Source: a virus (Duplodnaviria; Caudoviricetes). Taken from it: 64,000 bases of DNA. This document shows positions 45,651 to 54,528 of the stretch, piece by piece; position 1 is the first letter of the stretch; the number at the start of each line of letters is the position of its first letter. The notes beneath the pieces were generated by a model. It did no database searches and was not told where the DNA came from. It saw only the letters and a program-made list of their open reading frames with translations. The position numbers were made by a program, and so were the translations under genes. Location: the IMG/VR virus record IMGVR_UViG_3300044513_003764, positions 1-64,000 of that record; one strand, 5' to 3'.

Positions 45651-46445
45651 TTAAACCAGTGGATCAATTCTAAACGTAGACTGCACAGCCTCCATCAAGT
45701 CGGCCATCCGAGATTTAGCCTTATCAGACTCAGAGATAAACTGCAGAACTCTCTGAGCCTCCTGGTCACGAACAGCGTTATTACTCTTATCCTCAGAAAG
45801 AAGACTTAGTAGTTCTTCGCGGGTGATTGGTTCGTCAATCTCCTCGGCTCTAGCTGCAGTCGGAAGTGGAGGGGCCTCGAGCTTAGATCGATCGCCTAGA
45901 CGTTTTAGGAACGAATCCAAGAAACCGCCGATGCGGCGCACTACATCTACATCGGCTTCTTTCGCGGGCGCCTGATAGCGAGGTGCTTGATTCTTGTTGC
46001 TACCGGAAAAAGAAATCAGTTCTTTAGCACTCTTAACGGGCTGACCGTATGCGCTCTTACCCTCCAGGGTGGGGACCGAAGCCCACTCTCCAGATAATCG
46101 AGCAAGTGTAGTTGGGGTAATCGGGTCTCGATCGGGGTCAACACCACGCTGACGTATCAGCTCGAGTGCACCGAGATCCTGCGATAAGGGGCTGAAATCT
46201 GGGAGACCGAGCTTCCGTTGGACACTTTCCCAGGTTTGGGGCATGAACTGATACGCACCCGCAGCTGCACTTGCGTATCCGCCACTCTTAACAACCTGAT
46301 TTGGATGCCGACTCAGGTCGGCGATAGGTTTGTAGCCAAACGTAATAGCGTAACGAGGACCACTTCCGCCCCAGGTACCCTCAGCGAAAGATAAAGTATC
46401 GAGCCAACGACGTGCGTTAGGGCTTATTTTCGCGCCGTCACTCAT
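45651..46445 (-). CDS. virion protein with lambda-type lysozyme/transglycosylase domain
   Basis: AEGT..Y...FG..HP..SAAAGAYQF...TW...DFSP.SQD.GA; ATG 46445. Confidence 0.85.
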   Translation of the reverse strand: MSDGAKISPNARRWLDTLSFAEGTWGGSGPRYAITFGYKPIADLSRHPNQVVKSGGYASAAAGAYQFMPQTWESVQRKLGLPDFSPLSQDLGALELIRQRGVDPDRDPITPTTLARLSGEWASVPTLEGKSAYGQPVKSAKELISFSGSNKNQAPRYQAPAKEADVDVVRRIGGFLDSFLKRLGDRSKLEAPPLPTAARAEEIDEPITREELLSLLSEDKSNNAVRDQEAQRVLQFISESDKAKSRMADLMEAVQSTFRIDPLV

Positions 46446-46671
46446 CCTCGAGTTCTTCGAATATACCAATATTAGTATCTATAACCACGCCGATTTCGCT
46501 CATAACCGATTTGTAGGCGCGCTCTCGGCAGACAAAACGGAAAATTGTTTTCCAAAGAAACTGGTCCCGCTCCTCTCCTTTAAGGGAATGAGCTTCGTTT
46601 TTAAGACGAGTAAGGGTGAAGTCGTCCTCCAGCGTTAGGCCGACTTTGATCTGATCATGATCCTTGGCCAC
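46438..46671 (-). CDS. hypothetical protein
   Basis: ORF track. Confidence 0.7.
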   Translation of the reverse strand: MAKDHDQIKVGLTLEDDFTLTRLKNEAHSLKGEERDQFLWKTIFRFVCRERAYKSVMSEIGVVIDTNIGIFEELEDE

Positions 46672-46724
46672 GATCGAAACCCCTTCTTATACCAGTTTAC
46701 ACGCAAAAATTAAGAATTGTGTGC

Positions 46725-46973
46725 TTACCATGACTTACATGCCCAATAACGAGGCTTCAGCTTGCTTCCGGGGTTATCGCAGTTGTGACGAGCCCGGAAA
46801 CTTTCGCGCCGTTCGGGTATGTGCTTCTTGATCGTCATGTTTGGATCACCGAATCTCACGAGACGCACCTCGTCACCTTCTTTTGCTGCCACAGCGAACT
46901 TTTTACCGCCATCCGAGTCCCGGCGGGGCTGGTTGTATCCTTTAAACACCTCACCAGCGATGCGGATCGACAT
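46725..46973 (-). CDS. conserved small basic phage protein
   Basis: KKFAV..VRFGDPNM..RRESFRARHNC..YWACKSW. Confidence 0.75.
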   Translation of the reverse strand: MSIRIAGEVFKGYNQPRRDSDGGKKFAVAAKEGDEVRLVRFGDPNMTIKKHIPERRESFRARHNCDNPGSKLKPRYWACKSW

Positions 46974-47107
46974 CGTGTTGCATTCGTCTTGCAGTTAGTC
47001 TAGGAGATCTAAAACGAAAGAAATCCTAAAAACGAAATTCACCTAATCACTTCTAAAGAATTCCTGCTACTCTCTAAGCGTCCTCCACATTCACCTCAAG
47101 GTTGCCA

Positions 47108-47368
47108 ATGGAGACTGCACGGCTCCTGACCATCGCTCAGACCGCAGAGCTGCTTAACTGCTCTGCAGGTTTTGTGCGCAAGCGTATTGCTCTGACCGAA
47201 TCCAACCAGCCTGGTGGTTGGCCTAAGGGTATCTTCGTAAATCTTCAGCCCAACGGCGCTAAGTCTCTTTATCGCATCAACCAAGATGCACTTCAGGATT
47301 ATCTGAAAGGTGAAGCTGCAGGCTCCAATGAAGCTAAAGTAGAAGAAGCATCTGCTTGCGCTGTCTGA
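47108..47368 (+). CDS. excisionase-like HTH DNA-binding protein
   Basis: LLTIAQTAELLNCSAGFVRKRI...YRIN..AL..YL. Confidence 0.75.
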   Translation: METARLLTIAQTAELLNCSAGFVRKRIALTESNQPGGWPKGIFVNLQPNGAKSLYRINQDALQDYLKGEAAGSNEAKVEEASACAV

Positions 47369-47377
47369 TAACGGGCC

Positions 47378-47920
47378 ATGGCTTCTTCCTCTCTCGCTGA
47401 TATCTTCCAGAGCGCTGCTCAGGCACCGACTCAAGAAATCGTGACTGAAGAAGTCATTGTTACGAAGGAGGCCACCCCGGACAACCTTGTTTTCCGGATG
47501 GTCTCCTTTGCTTCTTATCTCTACCAACTGAATACCCAAGCGCATTTGCTGCACCTAAATGTCGAGTGCAGCAACTTCCTGGCTATCCACGAGTTCCTTA
47601 AGGCTCAGTACGAGCAGCACATCGCTGACTTCGATGTAGTTGCCGAGCTAGTACGCAGCATGGACTATCTGATGCCCATGTGTCAGTGCGGTCTTATGGA
47701 CGCCTATAAAAAATTCCCTGCCGTCAAGACCTACGACGCGAAAGAAGGGTTGACGCTTTACACCAAGAATCTCGAGGCAGGCGGGATGCTTGCTAAAGAC
47801 CTTGTAGACGCAGCTCGGGAAACCGGTGCGCCCGATGTGGAGAACCACGCTGCTACGATCTGCGGCAACATGTTCAAGTCAGCTTGGATGCTGAAGGCTA
47901 CTCTCCGGACCTCTATGTGA
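47378..47920 (+). CDS. dps: Dps/ferritin-like protein
   Basis: AHLLHLNV..NFLAIHEFL..QY......FDVVAE; C-terminal KSAWML. Confidence 0.85.
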   Translation: MASSSLADIFQSAAQAPTQEIVTEEVIVTKEATPDNLVFRMVSFASYLYQLNTQAHLLHLNVECSNFLAIHEFLKAQYEQHIADFDVVAELVRSMDYLMPMCQCGLMDAYKKFPAVKTYDAKEGLTLYTKNLEAGGMLAKDLVDAARETGAPDVENHAATICGNMFKSAWMLKATLRTSM

Positions 47921-48470
47921 GGATCCAGCCTCCATTAGCTGAGACATAGAGACCACTAGGAGCCACATTCAAGTAGACAAGCCCTCCGCTATACGCCACT
48001 GGGAGGGCGTCTACGATGGCGATACCTGAGGCCACCTCAGCAAAGTAAGCGCCTGACGCAGCCAAGGCTCCTGAAGCAACAATGGCAGAGTTGGCAACCG
48101 TTGCAGTGTCAGCTGAACCTGCAGTAGTGGCTGAGTTCGCCGTGGTGGCCGTATCAGCAAAAGCAGCGCCAACCTTCTGCCACGCGGAACCTGTCCATAC
48201 CCGAAGGTAGTAGTTAGACGTGGATGAGTCTGTCCATAACTCACCGACAGAGTTCCCAGTTGAACCAACGGGAGTCGAGTTGGGAGCTGTCGTAGCGTAG
48301 TGACTTGGACCGATCTTGCGGATAGAACCTGCAGAATCTTTGAAGTACAGACCTGGGTCAGCGCCACCAAAACTCAGAGCAGCCTCACCCGCCTGAACTG
48401 TGGCCGTATTTGGTCTGTCAGAAGAGTTACCTGTTCTTTTTAAGAGCAGAATTACTGGTGTTGACGCCAT
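47913..48470 (-). CDS. fibre protein with Mtd_N-like anchor
   Basis: LLKRTG..RP..GEAAL..PGLYFKDSAGSIRKIGP; GELW.D; ASG-rich tail. Confidence 0.7.
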   Translation of the reverse strand: MASTPVILLLKRTGNSSDRPNTATVQAGEAALSFGGADPGLYFKDSAGSIRKIGPSHYATTAPNSTPVGSTGNSVGELWTDSSTSNYYLRVWTGSAWQKVGAAFADTATTANSATTAGSADTATVANSAIVASGALAASGAYFAEVASGIAIVDALPVAYSGGLVYLNVAPSGLYVSANGGWILT

Positions 48471-48472
48471 CC

Positions 48473-50014
48473 TTAGTACGTACCTCCATTAATCAGTGAA
48501 GGATAAGACGGATAAGGTATCAAGACGCCGTTAGCGTACTGACCTCCGTCATAGATCAGGCTAGCCCCGCTAATAAGAACACCATTAGCGTACGTGCCCC
48601 CATCTAACTTAGGAGTCACGTCGGGATCTGGCGGTGCAAACGGATCATATTGCTCAATCGTAAACATCTCGAATCCACTAGCCGTCATCGGCGTAGTAGT
48701 ACCCGAAGCCAACGTGTCGAAGTTCAGCGTTTTCACCATCGTTGGGTGCATATCCGGGTACATCATGTGCACCGGCACCGTGTTCTGAGAAGGTGAATAC
48801 TTCTCCCACCACCGAAGGTGTTTCTGGCGTTTATCGAATGTTGTCTGCTTAACTAGGTTGATCTCAAACTCTTCCCGGTACCGATCATCCATCGGTTCGT
48901 CGGTTGGCTGAGATAACCAAGCCTGAGGGAACATGTCTGAACCGAATCGATTCTGCATGTCCCAGAAAGAAGCATAAATATGTTTACACCAGCGAGGAGC
49001 AAAATAGATAAGATTAGGATCTGAATAGACTTTATTTCCGTCTGTGTAAGTAGGTAGGTTTAAAAGTTTTTTGACATACAGGAAACCAAAGTCTCTCGTA
49101 AAGCCGGGATAGTCCCTTGAGTCCGACTCACGCGAAGATAAGTAGTCCTCACCCGCGTCATATAAACCGGGTTTCAGGTCTTGAGGCAGAGTGTAAGGAT
49201 ACCGGCGTTTGAGGCTGTATTTATAGAGATTAAAGTCTTCCCTTGCGAGGTAGTCGGGACAGTTGCATCCAAACCGCATCTCCGTGGTGAAATAGTCGCC
49301 CACGGTCGGTAGGGATGCTGGTGCCTGAAGTGTTTCGTTATTGATGACCGACCAACTGTTATCAGTGTCCAGAGAAATGAAGATGCTGTTAAAGATCGGA
49401 GCAAAGGAGGGCTCAATCGGTGTAGTGCCGTTACCTACGCCGATGACGACATAGTTGTTGTAAGTGGTTTTCTCTGTACCATCAGAAGCAAAGCGGTCCG
49501 AGAGAATCTCGCCAGTAAAAAAGGAAATGGGAGGGCCGAAATTACTCGAAAGCTCGATGGCATAGACCGTACCCGAAGTCTGAGTAACTGACTTGATCGA
49601 GTAGCCGAAATCGAGGAAGTTAAAGGAGTCCCGAGGACGAATGGCCACCATTCGCATGGCCATGTCCTGGTTCATCGAGGGGTACATGTAGCAGACGCCT
49701 GGAAGCGCTGCTCCGACGCCCACGGTTCCTGTAGTCCAGTACCTGAAAGAGTAATTAAGACCTACATACGCCTGATTGGCGTACATATAAAGCTCATATC
49801 CCCTTCTCCAACGCGTCCACATAGACGCGTAGTTGTAATCAAAGAGGATACTGAAGTCTTTTAGGTTGAAATCCGGGCGAAACTTACGTTTAAAGGGTAC
49901 AGAGTGAGATAACTGGTGAGCCGAGCTACAACCCTCAAAACTTTTAAAGGCGAACTTAGACTTCTTCGGCTGGTGGCCGCCCCAGCTGAAGTCATCGCCG
50001 CCTCTTTTTGGCAT
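48473..50014 (-). CDS. virion-module protein with split SWIM-like Zn motif and DGGxY tail
   Basis: CNCPDY...(90 aa)...CKHIYA; LDGGTY, YDGGQY, INGGTY. Confidence 0.65.
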   Translation of the reverse strand: MPKRGGDDFSWGGHQPKKSKFAFKSFEGCSSAHQLSHSVPFKRKFRPDFNLKDFSILFDYNYASMWTRWRRGYELYMYANQAYVGLNYSFRYWTTGTVGVGAALPGVCYMYPSMNQDMAMRMVAIRPRDSFNFLDFGYSIKSVTQTSGTVYAIELSSNFGPPISFFTGEILSDRFASDGTEKTTYNNYVVIGVGNGTTPIEPSFAPIFNSIFISLDTDNSWSVINNETLQAPASLPTVGDYFTTEMRFGCNCPDYLAREDFNLYKYSLKRRYPYTLPQDLKPGLYDAGEDYLSSRESDSRDYPGFTRDFGFLYVKKLLNLPTYTDGNKVYSDPNLIYFAPRWCKHIYASFWDMQNRFGSDMFPQAWLSQPTDEPMDDRYREEFEINLVKQTTFDKRQKHLRWWEKYSPSQNTVPVHMMYPDMHPTMVKTLNFDTLASGTTTPMTASGFEMFTIEQYDPFAPPDPDVTPKLDGGTYANGVLISGASLIYDGGQYANGVLIPYPSYPSLINGGTY

Positions 50015-50020
50015 TTGAGC

Positions 50021-50578
50021 TTAGTAGAACCCGCCTTGAGCCCAAATAGTCACGCCAGAAGCACTCAAACCGCCTGAAACAGCGGCAGGACCGTCTCCGA
50101 GATAACCAAGGCAGAGGATATAGCCCTTTTCGAGGTAGAGAGCTTCCGATTTACCGATTTCAATGGGGCGAACAAGGTTCGTATCGCCCGTTTGAGGGGT
50201 CGGGGCCACAGTTGCGGGGAGCTCAACCCGGTGGATCAGGCCTTCGGTATCGCCAGAAAGACCGATTTCAAACTTTCCGACCATCAAGGAGGCGGAAGTT
50301 GAAGGAGCGGACTGGTTAGGAGCGTAGACGTACACCCCAAAGGCTGCGCTGCGGACACCGCCGTCATTGGGATAACCTTCGTTGGGGACAACAAAGATAT
50401 CTTCGACAAGGGCACCGTCCTCAGAGGGGATATCGCCCACACGGACAAGCTGGATCAGGTTTCCAAACTCAGGATTGCTCGAGTCGGAGACCAGAGGAGA
50501 CCCACTATTGACCTTTGCGCCCCTAAGAAAGGGACGGTCAACCATCAGGGGTTGCTTGTTGGTGCTAGTGGAGGCCAT
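50021..50578 (-). CDS. hypothetical virion protein
   Basis: MASTSTNKQPLMVDRP; beta-rich. Confidence 0.7.
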   Translation of the reverse strand: MASTSTNKQPLMVDRPFLRGAKVNSGSPLVSDSSNPEFGNLIQLVRVGDIPSEDGALVEDIFVVPNEGYPNDGGVRSAAFGVYVYAPNQSAPSTSASLMVGKFEIGLSGDTEGLIHRVELPATVAPTPQTGDTNLVRPIEIGKSEALYLEKGYILCLGYLGDGPAAVSGGLSASGVTIWAQGGFY

Positions 50579-50613
50579 CGGTGCAGCTCAGCGAGTAAGG
50601 AGAACAGATCTAA

Positions 50614-51057
50614 CTACTTAGAGGAAGTAGTGCGAAAGTCAGGGATGGCTTCCGTCTGCAGAAACACGTCGGGACTAGTGAAGATCTTGGTCAAGATCTC
50701 TGGAGAAATCTTAAGCAGGAAATCAGAACCCGCGTTGGACGTGGTGTCGACCGGAGTTTCGACCTCTTCGCTCAGTCCACCAGTTACTGCTTTTTCTTCA
50801 CGTTTCTTTTGCTCCTCAAGACGCCTCGCAATCATGGCGTCAATATATCGACCAAAGTTCTGCCCAGCCATGTTCGGGCGATTAAGGGGAGTGTTGTAGC
50901 GAGGAGGCAGCCCTTTTACTTGCCGAAAAATGTCAGCCGAACCTTCGACAATGGTGGCGAGATCATTTAGCCACTGAGGTCCCCCAGAATTCCCCGCAGG
51001 GGTGGTACCCATGCTGATCCCTGGAATACCACCTTGACCGTAGTTCAAACCAGCCAT
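50614..51057 (-). CDS. putative internal virion protein
   Basis: ORF track; late -10 motif upstream. Confidence 0.65.
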   Translation of the reverse strand: MAGLNYGQGGIPGISMGTTPAGNSGGPQWLNDLATIVEGSADIFRQVKGLPPRYNTPLNRPNMAGQNFGRYIDAMIARRLEEQKKREEKAVTGGLSEEVETPVDTTSNAGSDFLLKISPEILTKIFTSPDVFLQTEAIPDFRTTSSK

Positions 51058-51086
51058 TGATTACACTCCGATAGGTTTAGTTTAAA

Positions 51087-52847
51087 TCAATAACGGCTGT
51101 ACATCCCGATGTTTTGAGCAGCCTGACGAACCATATCCTGCGTACGCTGAAGGTAAGGCTTCTCTTGGCGAGCAGTAGCAGCGGCAAGATCAAAATTGCC
51201 CTGGGTAGGAGCAACAGCAGCGCGACCAACAGCTTCAGCATTGCCGATAGCGTTTGCTTGGTTATCTGAACCAAGAGACGTATCAATAGCAGAGGTGGTT
51301 ATCGACTCAGCACTTTGTTGACTAGCTGCGGGATTTGCGAGTGCGCGGCGCTGGAGTTCGTAGGCCAGAGCAGGGTTAGCCTCCGCCCATTTGCCAAGGT
51401 TGGCTTGCATCTGAGCATCACGGCCAGTAGAGGCTGCGTACTGAGCAAGAGCTTCCCGGACCACAGGTTGTTTTGCGTATGCCTCGCGAGCTGCAAAGTA
51501 CTCGGCAGGAGAGGAGTACTTTTCAGGGCTCAGAGGAGCGACCATACGATCCAGCGCAGCAGCAGCTGGGTCAGCCTGAGAGAGTGCAGCAATAGCAGCG
51601 CTACGCTGATCACCCGTGGTTGCGATGGTGTTAGGGGAGGAAGGCACTGCACCAGCGGAAGAACCGATAGCACCTAAAGGAGCTCCGGTCTCATCCCGGA
51701 ACAAAACGCGAGCCTGTTGGGCTGCGGGAGCCTCAGGAGTTACAGGAGGGGTGCCGAGTCCAGGTGCCTCTGCGGTGGTAGGGACATTACCAACAGCTGC
51801 ACTGCCTTCCTCACCACGGTCGCGTAAGGCCAAACCGGCTCCGAGCCCGCCTGCGGCAGTCAGTCCCCCCAATGCCGCCATGACGCGGGGGTCCGTCAGA
51901 CCAGAAAGATCAAAGGTCCGAGCTCCCGAAGCCGCATTACGCAATTCCTGAGCGATAGCAAATGCGCGATCGGCGACGACATCCACAGGGGCAGGACCGG
52001 CATCGGCACCAAAGGCGGCGCGGATACCGCGACTCATTTCGGGGGTCTGCTGACGACCCATGCGAACGAAACGCTCTAAGGTTTCAGGCGGAAGTTGACG
52101 GAGAAGTTCAGGATCAATCCGATACTCACCAGTGAACATATCGGGGAGTCCCTTACCTAAGAAAAGGTTGCGACCCTGTTCACCGACATTGACTGGCGCT
52201 TCAATATCAACTGCTCGTGCGCCACCAGAGGCAATCGTTTCTAAATTGCGCTCGGTAGCAAAGGGTGCTCCACTGTAAGGTTGACCGCCGAGCTTGGTAC
52301 CCGGTTGACGAATAGCGCCTTTAGACGTGGTGTACTCAGTGAGTGCCTCGGCCCCGGCACGCTGACGAATAGGCAGTTTGTCTCCGAGCTCCTCAGCAAC
52401 ACGAGTAGCAGCAGGCGCGGGCATCGAGGGAGTAATCAGATCCTCGGTAAAACGAACAGAGGGGCGTGGCGCCTGAGGCGCCTCCATGCGAGGAGCCAAC
52501 TCTCCGCCACGAGAGCGAGGACCTTGATAAGACTGAGGGAGAAAACCAGTAGGCCTGCTACCAGCCGGAAATTCGGGAGCACCTTCCCAAGCAGGTTTAG
52601 GTGCTTGGCCTGGAATCTTAGTAGGAACGTCGAGAGTACCTAAGAGACCTTGGTTCATACCCCTCTGCGAAACAACAGAGGGAAAAGCGGTAAGTTCGTC
52701 TACAAGACCTGCCTGTTGAGCTGCTCGGCGTCCGGTTTGCTGGATTTGACCGCCCATCATCTCAATCATGGGAGCTAACCCACCCAAGAGACGCTTGGCC
52801 ATCGCGGGATCCTGGACGGCTTTAAGGACTAAATTGAGCGCACCCAT
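51087..52847 (-). CDS. putative internal virion/ejection protein (A/P/G-rich)
   Basis: 586 aa low complexity with hydrophobic LGGLTAAGGLGAGLAL segment. Confidence 0.7.
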   Translation of the reverse strand: MGALNLVLKAVQDPAMAKRLLGGLAPMIEMMGGQIQQTGRRAAQQAGLVDELTAFPSVVSQRGMNQGLLGTLDVPTKIPGQAPKPAWEGAPEFPAGSRPTGFLPQSYQGPRSRGGELAPRMEAPQAPRPSVRFTEDLITPSMPAPAATRVAEELGDKLPIRQRAGAEALTEYTTSKGAIRQPGTKLGGQPYSGAPFATERNLETIASGGARAVDIEAPVNVGEQGRNLFLGKGLPDMFTGEYRIDPELLRQLPPETLERFVRMGRQQTPEMSRGIRAAFGADAGPAPVDVVADRAFAIAQELRNAASGARTFDLSGLTDPRVMAALGGLTAAGGLGAGLALRDRGEEGSAAVGNVPTTAEAPGLGTPPVTPEAPAAQQARVLFRDETGAPLGAIGSSAGAVPSSPNTIATTGDQRSAAIAALSQADPAAAALDRMVAPLSPEKYSSPAEYFAAREAYAKQPVVREALAQYAASTGRDAQMQANLGKWAEANPALAYELQRRALANPAASQQSAESITTSAIDTSLGSDNQANAIGNAEAVGRAAVAPTQGNFDLAAATARQEKPYLQRTQDMVRQAAQNIGMYSRY

Positions 52848-52879
52848 TACCGCTAAAGCTTTAAGTCAATAGTGCTAGT

Positions 52880-53500
52880 TTAACGCCAATTTGCGTAGAA
52901 GTAGAGCCTGTCAGAACGTGAAACATCAGGCGGTCCAGGAATTGCTTGAATAAATTCACCGCCACTTCGCTCAAACCGGTAGCGCGATGCCACGGGATCC
53001 CGGTAGTTGGGGACATAAAGCATCTGAGCAAGACGATCACACTCATAGAGGTAGTTCTCGCGCCAGACTCTCGTAACCTCTCGCTTGTCCTGAATCGAGA
53101 TAGAACGTGAAACGTCACCAAGAATCGTTTCTTGACGACTCGTGGCGCGACCTTGAGCGAGTTCAGTTAAACGCTCAGCCTCTTCGCAGCGTTCAATCTG
53201 TTGAACAATTTTGTCGTAATAAAACTCACTAGGAATACTGTTGCAAGCCTCAAGCAGACGCGCATAATCGCCTGCGGGGACAGTTGCGATGTTATAAGCG
53301 AGGTGATACGCGACGCGGCTGAAGTTAAAGTCGTCTAGCGCGTAACCGAAAACCTGAGCGGGATTACGCGTTAGCTGATTAACAGCGGCGTATATAACCT
53401 CGCGTTTAGCAGCGTCAGTGGTCGTGGGCTGAAAAACTACACCGTTTTGAGCTAGATACGACTGAATCTGCTCAAGTTCGTTAGGAGTTAATTGCGCCAC
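52880..53500 (-). CDS. putative head-tail adaptor / structural protein
   Basis: Helical, downstream of capsid operon. Confidence 0.6.
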   Translation of the reverse strand: MAQLTPNELEQIQSYLAQNGVVFQPTTTDAAKREVIYAAVNQLTRNPAQVFGYALDDFNFSRVAYHLAYNIATVPAGDYARLLEACNSIPSEFYYDKIVQQIERCEEAERLTELAQGRATSRQETILGDVSRSISIQDKREVTRVWRENYLYECDRLAQMLYVPNYRDPVASRYRFERSGGEFIQAIPGPPDVSRSDRLYFYANWR

Positions 53501-53521
53501 GACCTAGTTACTTATGTCTTT

Positions 53522-53980
53522 CTATTCTACGTATACAGAACCCGTAGCAAAAACTTCGTCCCAATCGACTCGTTTGATCGACGAGAGCTGATCGAGCTTG
53601 GTGAAGCGCTCACCGGGAAGAGACTGACGGAGTTCGATGATCTCTTTGGCGGTCTTAAGGCCAACTCCCGGCAGACACTGAGTAAGACCCTCTGCAGTCA
53701 GGTTATTGAGGTTGATCCGATTGTCGATAGGAGGCAGAGGCTTGATGACGACAGGTGTTTCTGGCTCATCCTTCTTAAAATTCCTCCGACCACGGCGGAC
53801 TGACACGGAATTGCTGGTCGCCTTAGGCTCCGTATCTTCCTGGAAGACGTCAACCTGATCCTTATGGGCAAAAAAGACCTTCCCGGTGGTGTTAGACCGC
53901 ACCATCAAGTACTCACCGTCATCGTGGGTGGAAATCACGTCGATTTTGACGCCACTTGGCTTATAGACTTTGGTGGACAT
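53522..53980 (-). CDS. helix-hairpin-helix (ComEA-like) DNA-binding protein
   Basis: INLNNLTAEGL...LPGVGLKTAKEII..R...RFT.LDQL. Confidence 0.8.
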   Translation of the reverse strand: MSTKVYKPSGVKIDVISTHDDGEYLMVRSNTTGKVFFAHKDQVDVFQEDTEPKATSNSVSVRRGRRNFKKDEPETPVVIKPLPPIDNRINLNNLTAEGLTQCLPGVGLKTAKEIIELRQSLPGERFTKLDQLSSIKRVDWDEVFATGSVYVE

Positions 53981-54023
53981 CTGAAAAAGTCAGTATGTGA
54001 GCAGTACTTTAAGCCAAATTAGC

Positions 54024-54287
54024 TTATTCCTCGCGCATACGCTTCAGGTCCCGGTCAAAATTGTTCAAAAACTCCGCTCGTTTCTCCCAAGTGTCGCCTC
54101 CGATCTGACCTTTTTTGGGATTTATGCACTGCGGGTCGTTAGTTCGGTTGCAAACGAGCCCCGCAAGGTCTAATTCGTTTCCTTTAGAGCCGGTTTTCCA
54201 GTGGTGGACTCCGTTTAGCCAAGTTGCGCCGCAACGAGGACACTCTTTACGTTCTAACTTGAGATCCGAAAGCTCCCGTTCGTCCAT
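54024..54287 (-). CDS. small Cys-containing hypothetical protein
   Basis: CPRCGATW..H.W..G..ELDLAGLVCN..CINP. Confidence 0.75.
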   Translation of the reverse strand: MDERELSDLKLERKECPRCGATWLNGVHHWKTGSKGNELDLAGLVCNRTNDPQCINPKKGQIGGDTWEKRAEFLNNFDRDLKRMREE

Positions 54288-54375
54288 AACAGACTAAAAA
54301 TACGGTGTGCCATATATACTTTGGCACTTAAATGCTTCTTATGTGTTAAAAATTTCTGTAAGAACACAAAAACAG

Positions 54376-54439
54376 AAAAAAAGCCCAAGGACCTCTCCTT
54401 GAGCTATCCCCCTCGTTTAATCGGAGCGTCTCCACGCCC
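54376..54439 (-). ncRNA. candidate 64-nt small RNA with two hairpins
   Basis: 5' hairpin GGGCGU-GGAG-ACGCUC; 3' terminator AGCUCAAGGA-GAGG-UCCUUGGGCU-U-run; promoter directly upstream. Confidence 0.55.
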
Positions 54440-54445
54440 AAATAA

Positions 54446-54473
54446 AGGCTAGGACGGGAAACGAGCTTGTCAA
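54446..54473 (-). promoter_or_regulatory. sigma70-like promoter for the sRNA candidate
   Basis: TTGACA-16 nt-TAGCCT; +1 at G 54439. Confidence 0.5.
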
Positions 54474-54478
54474 CCAAG

Positions 54479-54502
54479 AAAAAACCCCTCCCGAAGGAGG
54501 GG
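54479..54502 (-). terminator. intrinsic terminator of the capsid operon
   Basis: CCCCTCC-TTCG-GGAGGGG-TTTTTT. Confidence 0.85.
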
Positions 54503-54528
54503 CACCGTGGTTTCGCGAGGAAACTCTA

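Noticed and set aside
42437-47368. Excisionase-like HTH proteins as evidence of lysogeny
   Set aside because: No integrase, repressor or att site was seen in the window; such HTHs also occur in lytic phages.
54401-54412. GGGGATAGCTCA resembling a tRNA 5' end
   Set aside because: No cloverleaf, T-loop or acceptor stem; it belongs to the sRNA candidate. No tRNA gene was recognised anywhere in the window.
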